A DNA stretch of 64,000 nucleotides from Planctomycetota bacterium. GTDB lineage: Bacteria > Planctomycetota > UBA8108 > SXIK01. Position 1 is the first letter of the stretch, and each line of letters begins with the position of its first letter. The notes beneath the pieces were generated by a model that was not told where the DNA came from, did not search any database, and worked only from the letters and a program-made list of their open reading frames with translations. Positions 1 through 9,475 of this stretch are shown one piece after another. Both the position numbers and the translations under genes were made by a program. The DNA lies in the NCBI GenBank assembly GCA_965223265.1, contig OZ244999.1, positions 3,040,001 through 3,104,000 on the forward strand, in the 5' to 3' direction.

Positions 1-1467
1 ACACCGGGAAGCGAGAGCTATCGCTGGCAGGCTCAGTTCAAATTCACGTATCGCTCGAAGGATCTCGAGGCGCTCGGCGATGCGGTGCCTCTCGCTACCG
101 ATTGTTATTTCACCCGCACACGAACCTACACTGCTGAATCTCGGGCGATGCCGGTCTGGGACGGTCGAGTATTCTCAGATGGAAAGAATCTCGTCGTCGC
201 GGCCTACTCTCGGGGCGGCGAACAGATCGTCGGGCAGATCGTCGAGGGTGAGGTCAGTGTCACCGGGCGCTCGGTGGATGACTCGCGCCGCCCTCCGCTA
301 CTCGATCAAAAGAATGTACGCTACAACCCGTTCAGCGGCCGTCTATGGAGGCCTGCCTCCGGTGGCACGATCACCGAGGAGCAACAGTTCTTCCTGCCGT
401 TGCCGCTCATCGATGCGCAGGGACGGGTCGTGCGGCCAACCTTCGAGATCCTTCCGCGCGGCGGAACGCGCTTCGAGTTGGTGGCAAAGAACGCAGCGAG
501 TGAAATCATACTCGCTCGCTGCGAGCTGCGTGACGCCAAACGACGTCCTGGTTATTCACCGCAGCTCGGGCCGGGGTGCGTTCAACTGACCTCCGACGAC
601 GTGACCATTCTGGAGGTGGAGGGGCAACTGGTGACGAGTGAATTGCTCGCGACCGGTGACCGGCTTATCCTCAAGAGCTCACAGCCCGACGGGCAACCGG
701 TGGAGAGACCCTTGGCGATCGACGGTGATTTCTCGGAGTGGCGCAACGTCGCCGGTATCAACGATCCACGCGGCGACATCCCCGGCTATCTTGAGTACAG
801 CCCGGACACCGACCTCCTAGAATTCAAAGTCCGACACGATCGCCAGCACTTGTACTTCTACACGAGAGTGGCCGGTCGCCATGGCAACACCGAACCGGGA
901 AACGAGCGGGACCGCTACTACTATTACGTGTACATCGACGCAGATCGCGACCCGACGACTGGCTATCTCCCGACTCGAGACGATGACTGCTACTACGGCG
1001 TCACGCTTGGGGACGACTGCGAGGCTCAGTTCGAATTCGTGGCAGGGCGTTTCGTCAAGACGTTCTTTGGTTTCACTGGCGCAGGGACGGAGCGCGATGT
1101 GCTTTCGGGGCGCGTCAAATTGGCGCCGTCGTGGTACAGCCGTCGCGACCCTGACGGGAACGTGCGTGACCGTTACAAGGTCGAGTACGTCCAGCAGGAT
1201 GGAGAGCTGAGCATCACCAAGGACTACCAGGAGGGAACGAGCGAGGACATCACGATCGCCGTGTCTCTGGACGGTACGGAGTGCGAGATGAGGGCTTCGC
1301 TCGACGGGTTTCTGAGGGACGCGTCGGGGAAGCCGATCATCGGATTGGGCCAGCGTATCGACCTGGCCGTCGGCGTCGAGGCCGCAGGCCGCGTTCATGG
1401 TAACGCCAGCTGGGGCGCCGACAGCACCGTTGCGATCCGCGGCTATTCCATCTCCGCGCGGCCTTAG
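1..1467 (+). CDS. Hypothetical protein, 5'-truncated, with a DOMON/CBM9-like C-terminal region
   Basis: Frame 1 is open from base 1 to TAG at 1467. The segment 'IDGDFSEW..INDPRGD..DTDLLEFKVRHDRQHLYFY..YYVYIDADRDPTTGY' resembles DOMON-like/glucodextranase C-terminal domains. Confidence 0.7.
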   Translation, partial: TPGSESYRWQAQFKFTYRSKDLEALGDAVPLATDCYFTRTRTYTAESRAMPVWDGRVFSDGKNLVVAAYSRGGEQIVGQIVEGEVSVTGRSVDDSRRPPLLDQKNVRYNPFSGRLWRPASGGTITEEQQFFLPLPLIDAQGRVVRPTFEILPRGGTRFELVAKNAASEIILARCELRDAKRRPGYSPQLGPGCVQLTSDDVTILEVEGQLVTSELLATGDRLILKSSQPDGQPVERPLAIDGDFSEWRNVAGINDPRGDIPGYLEYSPDTDLLEFKVRHDRQHLYFYTRVAGRHGNTEPGNERDRYYYYVYIDADRDPTTGYLPTRDDDCYYGVTLGDDCEAQFEFVAGRFVKTFFGFTGAGTERDVLSGRVKLAPSWYSRRDPDGNVRDRYKVEYVQQDGELSITKDYQEGTSEDITIAVSLDGTECEMRASLDGFLRDASGKPIIGLGQRIDLAVGVEAAGRVHGNASWGADSTVAIRGYSISARP

Positions 1468-1750
1468 ACGTAGAGGCACCGAACCAGCGCTGACCGCATT
1501 GGTCTCCCCTCGTCCGAATTGCGCATATTCTCCGTTTGCGGTGTGCACCGATACCTGAGCGAGGGGCAAGGGGGCTGTTCGTTCAGCGCTTGCCCATTGT
1601 GCTGATCGTCGAAGGTTCGAAGAGCACGCGTCCGGGGGCATGTGGGAGTTCGGTTGCGCCTCGGACGCGTGTTCGTTTGACGCCACACTCTTCTGCTCTT
1701 GAGCTCTTGCTCTTGAGTCGTTGAGCGTTGGCGACGTGACGGCTGCGGAT

Positions 1751-2443
1751 CTAGATCAATCGCAGCGCAAGCGAGAACACCGGGCCGAATAAGTAGGGAA
1801 ACGCCCAACATGCGGCAACCAACCCGGCGATACTCACCATCGGCTGGCCCATAAACGTCATGTAACGGCGTGCGTTCACTGGGTCGAGGAAGAGCGGCAG
1901 GATCGCGCCGCCGTCCAGTGGCGGCATCGGGAACAGATTGAAGACGAAGAGAAGGACGTTGAGCGAGAAGAGGATGGAAAGAAACAGCGCCGCGTCGCTG
2001 GCGATCGATCCGGGTGCCGCGGCGACAATTTGTGTGAAGACGCAGGTCACTGCTGCGGGTGTATGAAAGATCTCAAGCGCCACTCCGGCGCGGATCACGA
2101 CCGCGACGACGCAGACAACCAGTAGGTTAGACACTGGCCCAGCGAGTGCCATCTTCGCGGCGCGTTTCGGGAAACGCTGTGCCCAGAGCGCGTTATAGGA
2201 CGCGCTTGCCCACCCGCACATCCAGCCGAGGGACAGAAACGTCAACACGGGGACGGCGATCATACCGACCGGCTCACGCTTGAGGTGGGGGAGCGGATTC
2301 AGTGTCACCTGGCCGCCGCGGTAGGCCGTCGGGTCCCCGAGCTGCAGTGCGGCCCATGCATGCGCCGCCTCGTGGAGGACGATTGAGAAAAGAAACGCCG
2401 CGTACCAGAGAACGAGCGCAGCGGTGTCTGGGTTTGCGGTCAT
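1751..2443 (-). CDS. Site-2 protease (peptidase M50) family intramembrane zinc metalloprotease
   Basis: HEAAH zinc motif within a hydrophobic helix, plus 'AGPVSN' and 'FNLFPMPPLDGG'. Start placed at ATG 2443 (MTANPD); the ORF track extends to 2560. Confidence 0.92.
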   Translation of the reverse strand: MTANPDTAALVLWYAAFLFSIVLHEAAHAWAALQLGDPTAYRGGQVTLNPLPHLKREPVGMIAVPVLTFLSLGWMCGWASASYNALWAQRFPKRAAKMALAGPVSNLLVVCVVAVVIRAGVALEIFHTPAAVTCVFTQIVAAAPGSIASDAALFLSILFSLNVLLFVFNLFPMPPLDGGAILPLFLDPVNARRYMTFMGQPMVSIAGLVAACWAFPYLFGPVFSLALRLI

Positions 2444-2701
2444 ATGGTTCGCTGCCTTGCTGCTGAGGCGGCCCAAGGATTCGTCGCCCGTGGTCCGAAT
2501 AACCACCCTTTCTCCCATCTTCGGGCTCGATGGGCGCCGCTCTTGAACGAGTGTGTTCAAGCGATCAGCACGTGCGACATCGGAACTGCCTCCGATCGGT
2601 TCGTATCATTCGTGCTCGGATGCCAAACTTCCGTAGCGTGATGTGCCGGATTCATCGCGAAAGCTTCTGATAAAGGTCTCCTGTCGCGGCGGGATTTCTC
2701 C

Positions 2702-4207
2702 ATGGAACAAAAGAAAAAACGCACTGCTGTCGTCATCTGGATCGTGATCTTCGCACTCGCCTTCTTCATCTACCGCGAAGTCAAATCCCGCCAAGGCTCA
2801 ACGCACCACGTCGAGTACTCCACGTTCCTTGAAGACTTGGAGAGCGGTCGTGTCACCGAGGTCTTGGTCGACGGGAACCTCCTAACGGTTACGGTCTTCA
2901 ACCCGAATCAGACCTACACGACGTTTGGCGCCACTGGCGAGGAGTTCATGGCCAAGGTGTCGGAGTTCGGCGTTCGCGTCGGTTACGGCGACGGTTCGAG
3001 CGGCGCGAGCTCCTCGCTGTGGATGTGGTTGCCGCTGGTGATCGTTCTGGCGCTGATCATTCTTTTTTTCGTCTCGCTCAAAAAGCAGCAAGGCGCCGCC
3101 GGTAACGTCTTCACGCTTGGAAAGAGTCGGGCCCGAAGGATCACAGAAAACGACATTCACTTCTCAGACGTCGGTGGACTTGCGGAAGCCAAAGAGGATT
3201 TTGGCGACCTCATCGATTTCTTGAAGAACTCGCAGCGTTGGATCAGTTCAGGCGTGCGTCTGCAGCGAGGAGTTTTGCTCGTTGGGCCGCCAGGCTGTGG
3301 GAAAACACTGCTCGCTCGTGCAGTCGCTGGAGAAGCGAGCGTGCCGTTTTTCACGCTGTCGGCATCAGAGTTCGTCGAGCTCTTCGTAGGTGTCGGCGCG
3401 GCACGCGTGCGCGACATGTTCGACCAAGCAAAAAAGGAGTCACCGGCGATCATCTTCATCGACGAACTCGACGCGGTCGGGCGTCGGCGCGGCTCGGGAG
3501 TCGGCAGCGCTCACGACGAGCGCGAGCAGACGCTCAATCAGCTACTCGTCGCTATGGATGGGTTCGAGACCACCGACGAGATCGTCGTCATTGCGGCAAC
3601 AAATCGTCCGGACGTGCTCGACAAGGCCCTTCTTCGTCCAGGGCGTTTCGATCTGCGCATCGAGGTGGGCGCCCCCGACCAGGCGACACGTCTCGAGATT
3701 CTTAAGATCCACACGCAAAAGAAGCCACTTACCTCAGACGTGAAACTGGATGCCCTTGCTGAGAAGACCGTCGGCTTCACCGGCGCCGACCTCGAGACGC
3801 TCGCCAACCAAGCTGCACTCTACGCCGTGCGTGCCGTGCGCCTTGAGGGCGCCGCAGAGCCGCAGGTAACGCAGGCGCATTTCGACCGCGCTTTCGAAAA
3901 ACTGGCGAAGAGCGATTGCCTTTTTAACAAGCTCGACACAGCACTCATTGAGTCGGCGTCGCAGTTGTCGCAGCCGACAGGAAACGTCGTTCTGCGGGTG
4001 ACGCTTCGTGGCGGCGAGAAAGTCGAGGGGCGACTGGTGTGGGCGGATGCGGCGTTCATCAAGATCCGCGAAGCCGATGCTGACGAACCCGCCATCCTGC
4101 CAAAACTTCAGGTGCTCCGCATAGAAAGCCTCCCAGGCACCGACGCCGAGACCAACCCGCAGTCGGTGGGGGACCAGTGGGCGCATGGAGTGGCCGAGCT
4201 GGCTTGA
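2702..4207 (+). CDS. FtsH-like membrane AAA+ ATPase lacking the M41 protease domain, with a C-terminal Sm-like region
   Basis: Two TM helices flank an FtsH_ext-like region ([13 protein letters not shown]). Walker A GPPGCGKT, pore motif FVGVG, Walker B IFIDE and [22 protein letters not shown] are all present. No HExxH follows the lid. Confidence 0.9.
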   Translation: MEQKKKRTAVVIWIVIFALAFFIYREVKSRQGSTHHVEYSTFLEDLESGRVTEVLVDGNLLTVTVFNPNQTYTTFGATGEEFMAKVSEFGVRVGYGDGSSGASSSLWMWLPLVIVLALIILFFVSLKKQQGAAGNVFTLGKSRARRITENDIHFSDVGGLAEAKEDFGDLIDFLKNSQRWISSGVRLQRGVLLVGPPGCGKTLLARAVAGEASVPFFTLSASEFVELFVGVGAARVRDMFDQAKKESPAIIFIDELDAVGRRRGSGVGSAHDEREQTLNQLLVAMDGFETTDEIVVIAATNRPDVLDKALLRPGRFDLRIEVGAPDQATRLEILKIHTQKKPLTSDVKLDALAEKTVGFTGADLETLANQAALYAVRAVRLEGAAEPQVTQAHFDRAFEKLAKSDCLFNKLDTALIESASQLSQPTGNVVLRVTLRGGEKVEGRLVWADAAFIKIREADADEPAILPKLQVLRIESLPGTDAETNPQSVGDQWAHGVAELA

Positions 4208-4260
4208 CGGCGTCGAGTCCAATCACTCGGGCCGTCAAAGTGGCGCCATCGGGCTGCGAT

Positions 4261-7200
4261 TCACTCGCACGGCGACGCCCGGCACCCGAGGAGAAGGTCG
4301 CCGTCGAGCTCAAGGCTGCCGCAGTCGGGAAAGGGCGCCTGAGGCGATGCACCGCCGGTGAACGCGAATCGGAGGATGAGAACTGCGTCGGAGACGTCGC
4401 CCTCGACGCGACCGTCGGAGTTGGCATCGCACGCGGCGCGGCAGATCGGCGCTTCGCCGCCAGCGAAGTTTGCAGCCAAGAGAAAGAGTGCGTCATCAAG
4501 CTTCGCTGGGTCGCCATCACCGTTACAGTCGCCGCGGCGAAACTGAATCGACGTCGAACAGCTGCTTTCGTAGGCGCCTAAGTCAACCGAATCGCCACAG
4601 CGTCGGGGACGGTCATCGAGGTCGAACTCAGGTGCCCCGGCGTTCACGCCAGCGTCGATCGCCGGCGAGCCGATCTGCAGGCGGTAGTCGCCCGGGTCGA
4701 TGATGAAGTCCGCAATGTGATCGTCCGTGACGCGAGTGAAATCGAACGTGCCGCGGCGGATGAAGCGAGGATTGACGTTGAGGTTGCCGATTCCCTCAGG
4801 CACGTTTCTGCCGGCGACGATGCTGTGGGAAAACCTTGCGTTATTCTTGATGGCGATTCGGAGCAGGTCGTCACCCTGTCCCCAAAAGACACAATTGACG
4901 ATCTCAGCATGGGCTTCTCGCGACAGCTGCAGGTCGTCACCCTGTCCTCCCGCGTGGTTGTCAGCGAACGTACAGTTGACTAGTCTCATTGTCGTATCAG
5001 AGTCACCGTAACGGCTGTCGGAAATCGCGCCACCACCATCCGCAGCGGAGTTGGCCACGAAAAGCGAGCTTTCGACCAATAGTTCCGTGAGGACAGTGCT
5101 AAAGATTGCACCGCCGCTCCCGTTCGCTTCATTGCCGCGAAGAATACTAGAGCGAACGTTAACGCGTGATGCGATCGCCCCAATCGCGCCTCCGTTGCCG
5201 CAGCGATTCGACTCGATGAGGGAACGGTTGACGCCTAGGCGGGCATTTCTCGCGTGAATGACGCCGGAGTCGATCGCAAACGGTCTTTCATTGCCCCGAT
5301 TGCGGCGGATCTCGCTGCGATCGATCGTGAGCTCCGAGCGGATGACGATGGCGGCGATCGAGTTTTCGACGAACTCACAGTCCGCGACAGTCGCGCTGCC
5401 GTCGGCGGTGACTTGAAGACCGATTCTGTTGTTGTCAAATCTGCAGCCCGTGAGAACTGCCGCGCCGCCGGTGACGTCGACGCTATTGAGGCTCGACGTG
5501 AAGTTGCAGTTCTCCAGCTCGACCTGTTCACCACTCGCCACCGAGACCGGGCCACCGGAGACCGTCACGTTCTCCAATCGGGCGCCGGTGCGCAGGCCAC
5601 GAAGACTGCCCGCGACAACCGTTGCATCTCGGTCCACGCCGCGAAGCGAAATGCCGTGTGCTAAGTTGACGCTGGTCGTCGCCTCGTGTCGGCCCGGCCG
5701 CAGCGTGATCCGCTTCGGCGACCGCGTGCCGGCCACGCACAGTCCGAGCGGCACGCCCATGTCGCTGCCGTCTGCCCCCGAGCCCAGGCACGGCGAATTC
5801 GCGCCGAGCGCCAGGCTGAAAACCGAGAAGGCATCGGCGAGTGTTGCGAAGTGCCCGCGCGGTCGATTGGCGACCGACGCCAACTCCGGGTCAACCACGA
5901 CTTCTGCGACGGCGCCGAAGCCGCAGAAAAGCGGATCAGAGTTGATGTTTCCCGCTCCTGGCCATGGAGCGTCGCCCTCGATGCAGCTCCGCCTTACGTG
6001 GATCTGTCCGCCCTCTCCGCTTGTGATCTGAACGCCGGTGTTCGCCCACACGATGCAGCTTTCGAGCTCGACGACTCCCGTGTCAACGGCGATGCCGCCG
6101 GGAGTGTGGCTGGTGACGTTTTCGACGACCGTGCAGTGAGATAGCGTGACACGGCTCTCTTTGTCGGAGAACAAAGCTCCACCTCGCGCAGCTTCGCCCC
6201 CGAGCAGCAGACATTCTGAGAGTTCCACGTTTGATCCGTCGGTCACGAACAGCGCGCCGCCGATCGTTTTGTTCGGCACTGATTCGCTCGCAGCCCGGTT
6301 GCGCACGAACCGGCAGCGCTCGACTCTCACGTTCGATCGTTGGAGCGCTGCAATGGCACCGCCGCGTTCAGCGACATTGCCGTCGAACTCGCAATCAATA
6401 AAAACAGGTGAAGCCTCCTCGCACATGACCGCGCCACCGAATTCCTGTCTGCTGTTGGCCGCGAACGTCGAGCGTCGAAATTCCGGTGCCGAGCCCGGCT
6501 GGCACCACACCCCGGACCCCTGAGAGATGGTGCAGTCGGACACGGTCGGTGCAGATGCGCTTTCGCACACGAGGTTTTCGATCTGGCTTGCAGAGATTTC
6601 AGGTGACTCCCCGGAGCTCACGCGGACGCTACCCTGCATCGACGTGATCCGGCTCAGCAGTGCACTGCTGCGTAGACCACGAATCTCGCCTCGGATGATG
6701 GTTTCGCCCGCTGTTGACCCAACGACACCGACGTCCTGCACAAGGTTTCCGGCCTCGTAGGTCCCAGGCGCCACGTTCAGGAGCGCCGAGGACCGCCCTG
6801 AACGCTCGCAGGTGCCCAAACGAGCACCCACATCCGTCCCACCGAGTCCGCTGCCGAGACATGGTGAGTCGGCGGCGAGGGCGTAGTCGAACGTTGAGAG
6901 TGCAGCGGTGATCGAGGGAAACGGTCGCTCGCGGCTGCCGTCGTTGGCGCCGGCGTCATCAACCGCAGCGTCAACGAAGAACTCGCGTTTGGCCCCGCGC
7001 CAACCGCAGAAGCGTGGGTCGACGTTGAAGTTGCCCGTGCCTGGCCAGACGGTGTCGCCAGCGATGCAGCTGAAGGAGACCGCAACCTCCGCTTCGGGAT
7101 CGACGGTGAGGGAACCACCGACGTTGTCGACGACGATCGAGTTGAGAACTTGGAGCTGACTGCCGCGCGTGGCGAAGATGACGCCGCTCTCGAATGAGTC

Positions 7201-8853
7201 GTTCGCGCTGATGGTGCAGTTCGTCAGAGTCGTGAGGCCTGAGACGTGAAGGGCAGGTCCCTGTCGGTACAGGGCGCTGTTTTGAGTCACAATACAGTCG
7301 ACGAGATCCACTTTCGCTTGGGAATTCACGACGATGCCTTGGGTGCATCGTTCGATGCGGCAGCGGGAGAGCTCGACTTTCGAACGAGGTCGACACTCGA
7401 CACCTATGGCCGCCCCGCTGACCTCGCAGTGCTGCAGCTCCAACTCTGCATCCGAATAGCAAAGAACTCCTAAGCCGTTGATCTCCGTATTGATCAGCCG
7501 GCTGCGACCGATGACTGCGGCTGCTCGGCGAAGCACGCGAACGTTCTCGAGCGTCATGTCCCCTCTGAGCGAAACAGCGTCGAGAGCCGTTGCATCGCCG
7601 GATCCTACGAGGTGGATCGAGAATCCGTGAACCATGTTGCTCAAGTCGAAGTGTCCGGAGCCGAGTTGAATGCGGCGTCCAGGTGGGCCGACAAACTGGC
7701 AATCGCCACGGACCGCTCCCATGTCGTCCCCATCTTGGCCGCTGCGGCGGCACGGGGATTGTGCACTGAGCGAGAGTGAGAAATCGGCGAGGACGGAGTC
7801 TAACTCTGCTTGTGTAGCGACGATTCTTTCCGTCTCGCTTCCCCATCCACAAAAGAGGGGGTCGGAGTTTTGGTTCCCCGGCCCTGGCCACGGGGACTCG
7901 CCTCCGACACAAGAGAAAGCCACCTCGACTGCAGTGTTCTCGCCGTGGACGACATCCTCACCTTGATTCCAGACGATCGAATTGCGAATCTCGAGGCGGT
8001 CGCCCCCTGCCACGATGCCACGTACGTTGCCAGCGATGGTTGAGCCTTCGCTGACAATTCCTGAGGCGTCGATCGACTCGATCGCGACGCGGCATTCGCG
8101 GATGACGCAACCGCGGAGCTGAACAGATGTGTCGCCTTCCGCGGCGATTCCACGAACCGCCTGAGAAATCGTGCACTCGCTGAGCGAAACTTGTGACCCT
8201 CCTGTAGTTGAAAGTGAGCGAAGGTGGCACTGGTCGAACGTGGAGGTCGCTCTTCCACTGAGAACGACATCCGACATCGTCACCTTCCTCACAGTAGCCG
8301 CGCCCGTCACCAAAAGGCGGTGTTGCAGCTCGCACTGGTTCAGAGTCGCTGCGCCGGCGAGAGACAACGTTGACTGAAACAGACAGCCTTCGACCATCGG
8401 GTCGCCGCGAAACACTGCGGGAATCTCGACGATGCAGTCGTTCACGGTTAACGCCGCATCGATCGTGAATGTCGCGTCTCGTTCACCACGAATCGTGAAA
8501 CCACTCAAAACGGACGCCGCCGTCTCTCCGTTGCGCAGCGTGATCGAACCTTCCAGCGTCGTGAACTCCGGCCCCTCTTCCGACCGCAGCACGACGTCTT
8601 TCACTGGCGGTGCTGCAGGGTCACGTGGGTCGCGCAGGCGGTTGAAGTCGAGAGGGATGTCAGCGACGTAGGTGCCCGGTGCCACGATGATCGTGTCACC
8701 GCTTGCGGCGAGATCGAGCGCTCGTTGGATCGTCGCGGCCTCACGTGTCGGCACCCTGATCTCGCGCGTTTCGAGCGCGCCGGCGTCGATGACCGCCGCG
8801 GCTGGTGTGAGCAACGTGAGGATCGCTCCGACGCAGAAGCGACGTTGTCTCAT
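4261..8853 (-). CDS. Large secreted right-handed parallel beta-helix (pectin-lyase fold) repeat protein with C-terminal dockerin-like domain
   Basis: Signal-like N-terminus from ATG 8853 (MRQRRFCVGAILTLL..). Contains 'TIQRALDLAASGDTIIVAPGTY', GGAI/FxxN repeats, 'DYRLQIGSPAIDAG..DLGAYE' and a terminal FRRGDCNGDG domain. The ORF track extends to 9075. Confidence 0.85.
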   Translation of the reverse strand: MRQRRFCVGAILTLLTPAAAVIDAGALETREIRVPTREAATIQRALDLAASGDTIIVAPGTYVADIPLDFNRLRDPRDPAAPPVKDVVLRSEEGPEFTTLEGSITLRNGETAASVLSGFTIRGERDATFTIDAALTVNDCIVEIPAVFRGDPMVEGCLFQSTLSLAGAATLNQCELQHRLLVTGAATVRKVTMSDVVLSGRATSTFDQCHLRSLSTTGGSQVSLSECTISQAVRGIAAEGDTSVQLRGCVIRECRVAIESIDASGIVSEGSTIAGNVRGIVAGGDRLEIRNSIVWNQGEDVVHGENTAVEVAFSCVGGESPWPGPGNQNSDPLFCGWGSETERIVATQAELDSVLADFSLSLSAQSPCRRSGQDGDDMGAVRGDCQFVGPPGRRIQLGSGHFDLSNMVHGFSIHLVGSGDATALDAVSLRGDMTLENVRVLRRAAAVIGRSRLINTEINGLGVLCYSDAELELQHCEVSGAAIGVECRPRSKVELSRCRIERCTQGIVVNSQAKVDLVDCIVTQNSALYRQGPALHVSGLTTLTNCTISANDSFESGVIFATRGSQLQVLNSIVVDNVGGSLTVDPEAEVAVSFSCIAGDTVWPGTGNFNVDPRFCGWRGAKREFFVDAAVDDAGANDGSRERPFPSITAALSTFDYALAADSPCLGSGLGGTDVGARLGTCERSGRSSALLNVAPGTYEAGNLVQDVGVVGSTAGETIIRGEIRGLRSSALLSRITSMQGSVRVSSGESPEISASQIENLVCESASAPTVSDCTISQGSGVWCQPGSAPEFRRSTFAANSRQEFGGAVMCEEASPVFIDCEFDGNVAERGGAIAALQRSNVRVERCRFVRNRAASESVPNKTIGGALFVTDGSNVELSECLLLGGEAARGGALFSDKESRVTLSHCTVVENVTSHTPGGIAVDTGVVELESCIVWANTGVQITSGEGGQIHVRRSCIEGDAPWPGAGNINSDPLFCGFGAVAEVVVDPELASVANRPRGHFATLADAFSVFSLALGANSPCLGSGADGSDMGVPLGLCVAGTRSPKRITLRPGRHEATTSVNLAHGISLRGVDRDATVVAGSLRGLRTGARLENVTVSGGPVSVASGEQVELENCNFTSSLNSVDVTGGAAVLTGCRFDNNRIGLQVTADGSATVADCEFVENSIAAIVIRSELTIDRSEIRRNRGNERPFAIDSGVIHARNARLGVNRSLIESNRCGNGGAIGAIASRVNVRSSILRGNEANGSGGAIFSTVLTELLVESSLFVANSAADGGGAISDSRYGDSDTTMRLVNCTFADNHAGGQGDDLQLSREAHAEIVNCVFWGQGDDLLRIAIKNNARFSHSIVAGRNVPEGIGNLNVNPRFIRRGTFDFTRVTDDHIADFIIDPGDYRLQIGSPAIDAGVNAGAPEFDLDDRPRRCGDSVDLGAYESSCSTSIQFRRGDCNGDGDPAKLDDALFLLAANFAGGEAPICRAACDANSDGRVEGDVSDAVLILRFAFTGGASPQAPFPDCGSLELDGDLLLGCRASPCE

Positions 8854-9475
8854 GTCTGCCCTTGAAATGGGTTGAGAAGATCTGTCGTTGCGGCGCCGCC
8901 GGAGCGTTGGCTGCCACAAGCCACTCAAGAGAACCTTTGAGATGATCTGCCGGCTCCGATCGTCGGGGTGGTGGGGACCGTTGTCAACATCCGTCCGTAC
9001 GGAAGTTCCGGCGACTCCGGTCGCTTGAACGGCCGCGTTGCAGCGAGCTCGGCCTCGCTCATCATCAGGCCGCACGCTCGCGCCAACGCCGCCAGAACGT
9101 GCGCCACGCGCAGGTTGGCCGTGACGTCGGGACTGGTTCGACGATTGGGATTTGTTTGTTGCGCTGGCACGGATGGGGTGCTTTGATCGAAGGGCTCGTG
9201 CAGTTGCACGGGGGAGTCTCGGGACGATCTATTCTCGATCCACGAACACTTGGGACGTCAAAGTGTGGAATGAGCGAGATGCGACCTGTCACATGAGCCG
9301 GGGGGACGAACATGCGTGCGCTTTGCGCGTCGACTCAGGGCCCCTTTGTCGGCGACCGACCCAGGGCCGTCTACCGCTCTGGGCCACGAGCGATGTGAAT
9401 AGGTAAGCCGTAAGAAGCCATCGCGCCGGCAGGCGGGCGTTCAGGCGCGAGGACGATCACTCCAAGGGGATTCCC

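Noticed and set aside
2702-4207. Canonical ftsH or a frameshifted ftsH pseudogene
   Set aside because: There is no HExxH in the tail and no room for an M41 domain before the convergent gene. The ATPase motifs are intact.
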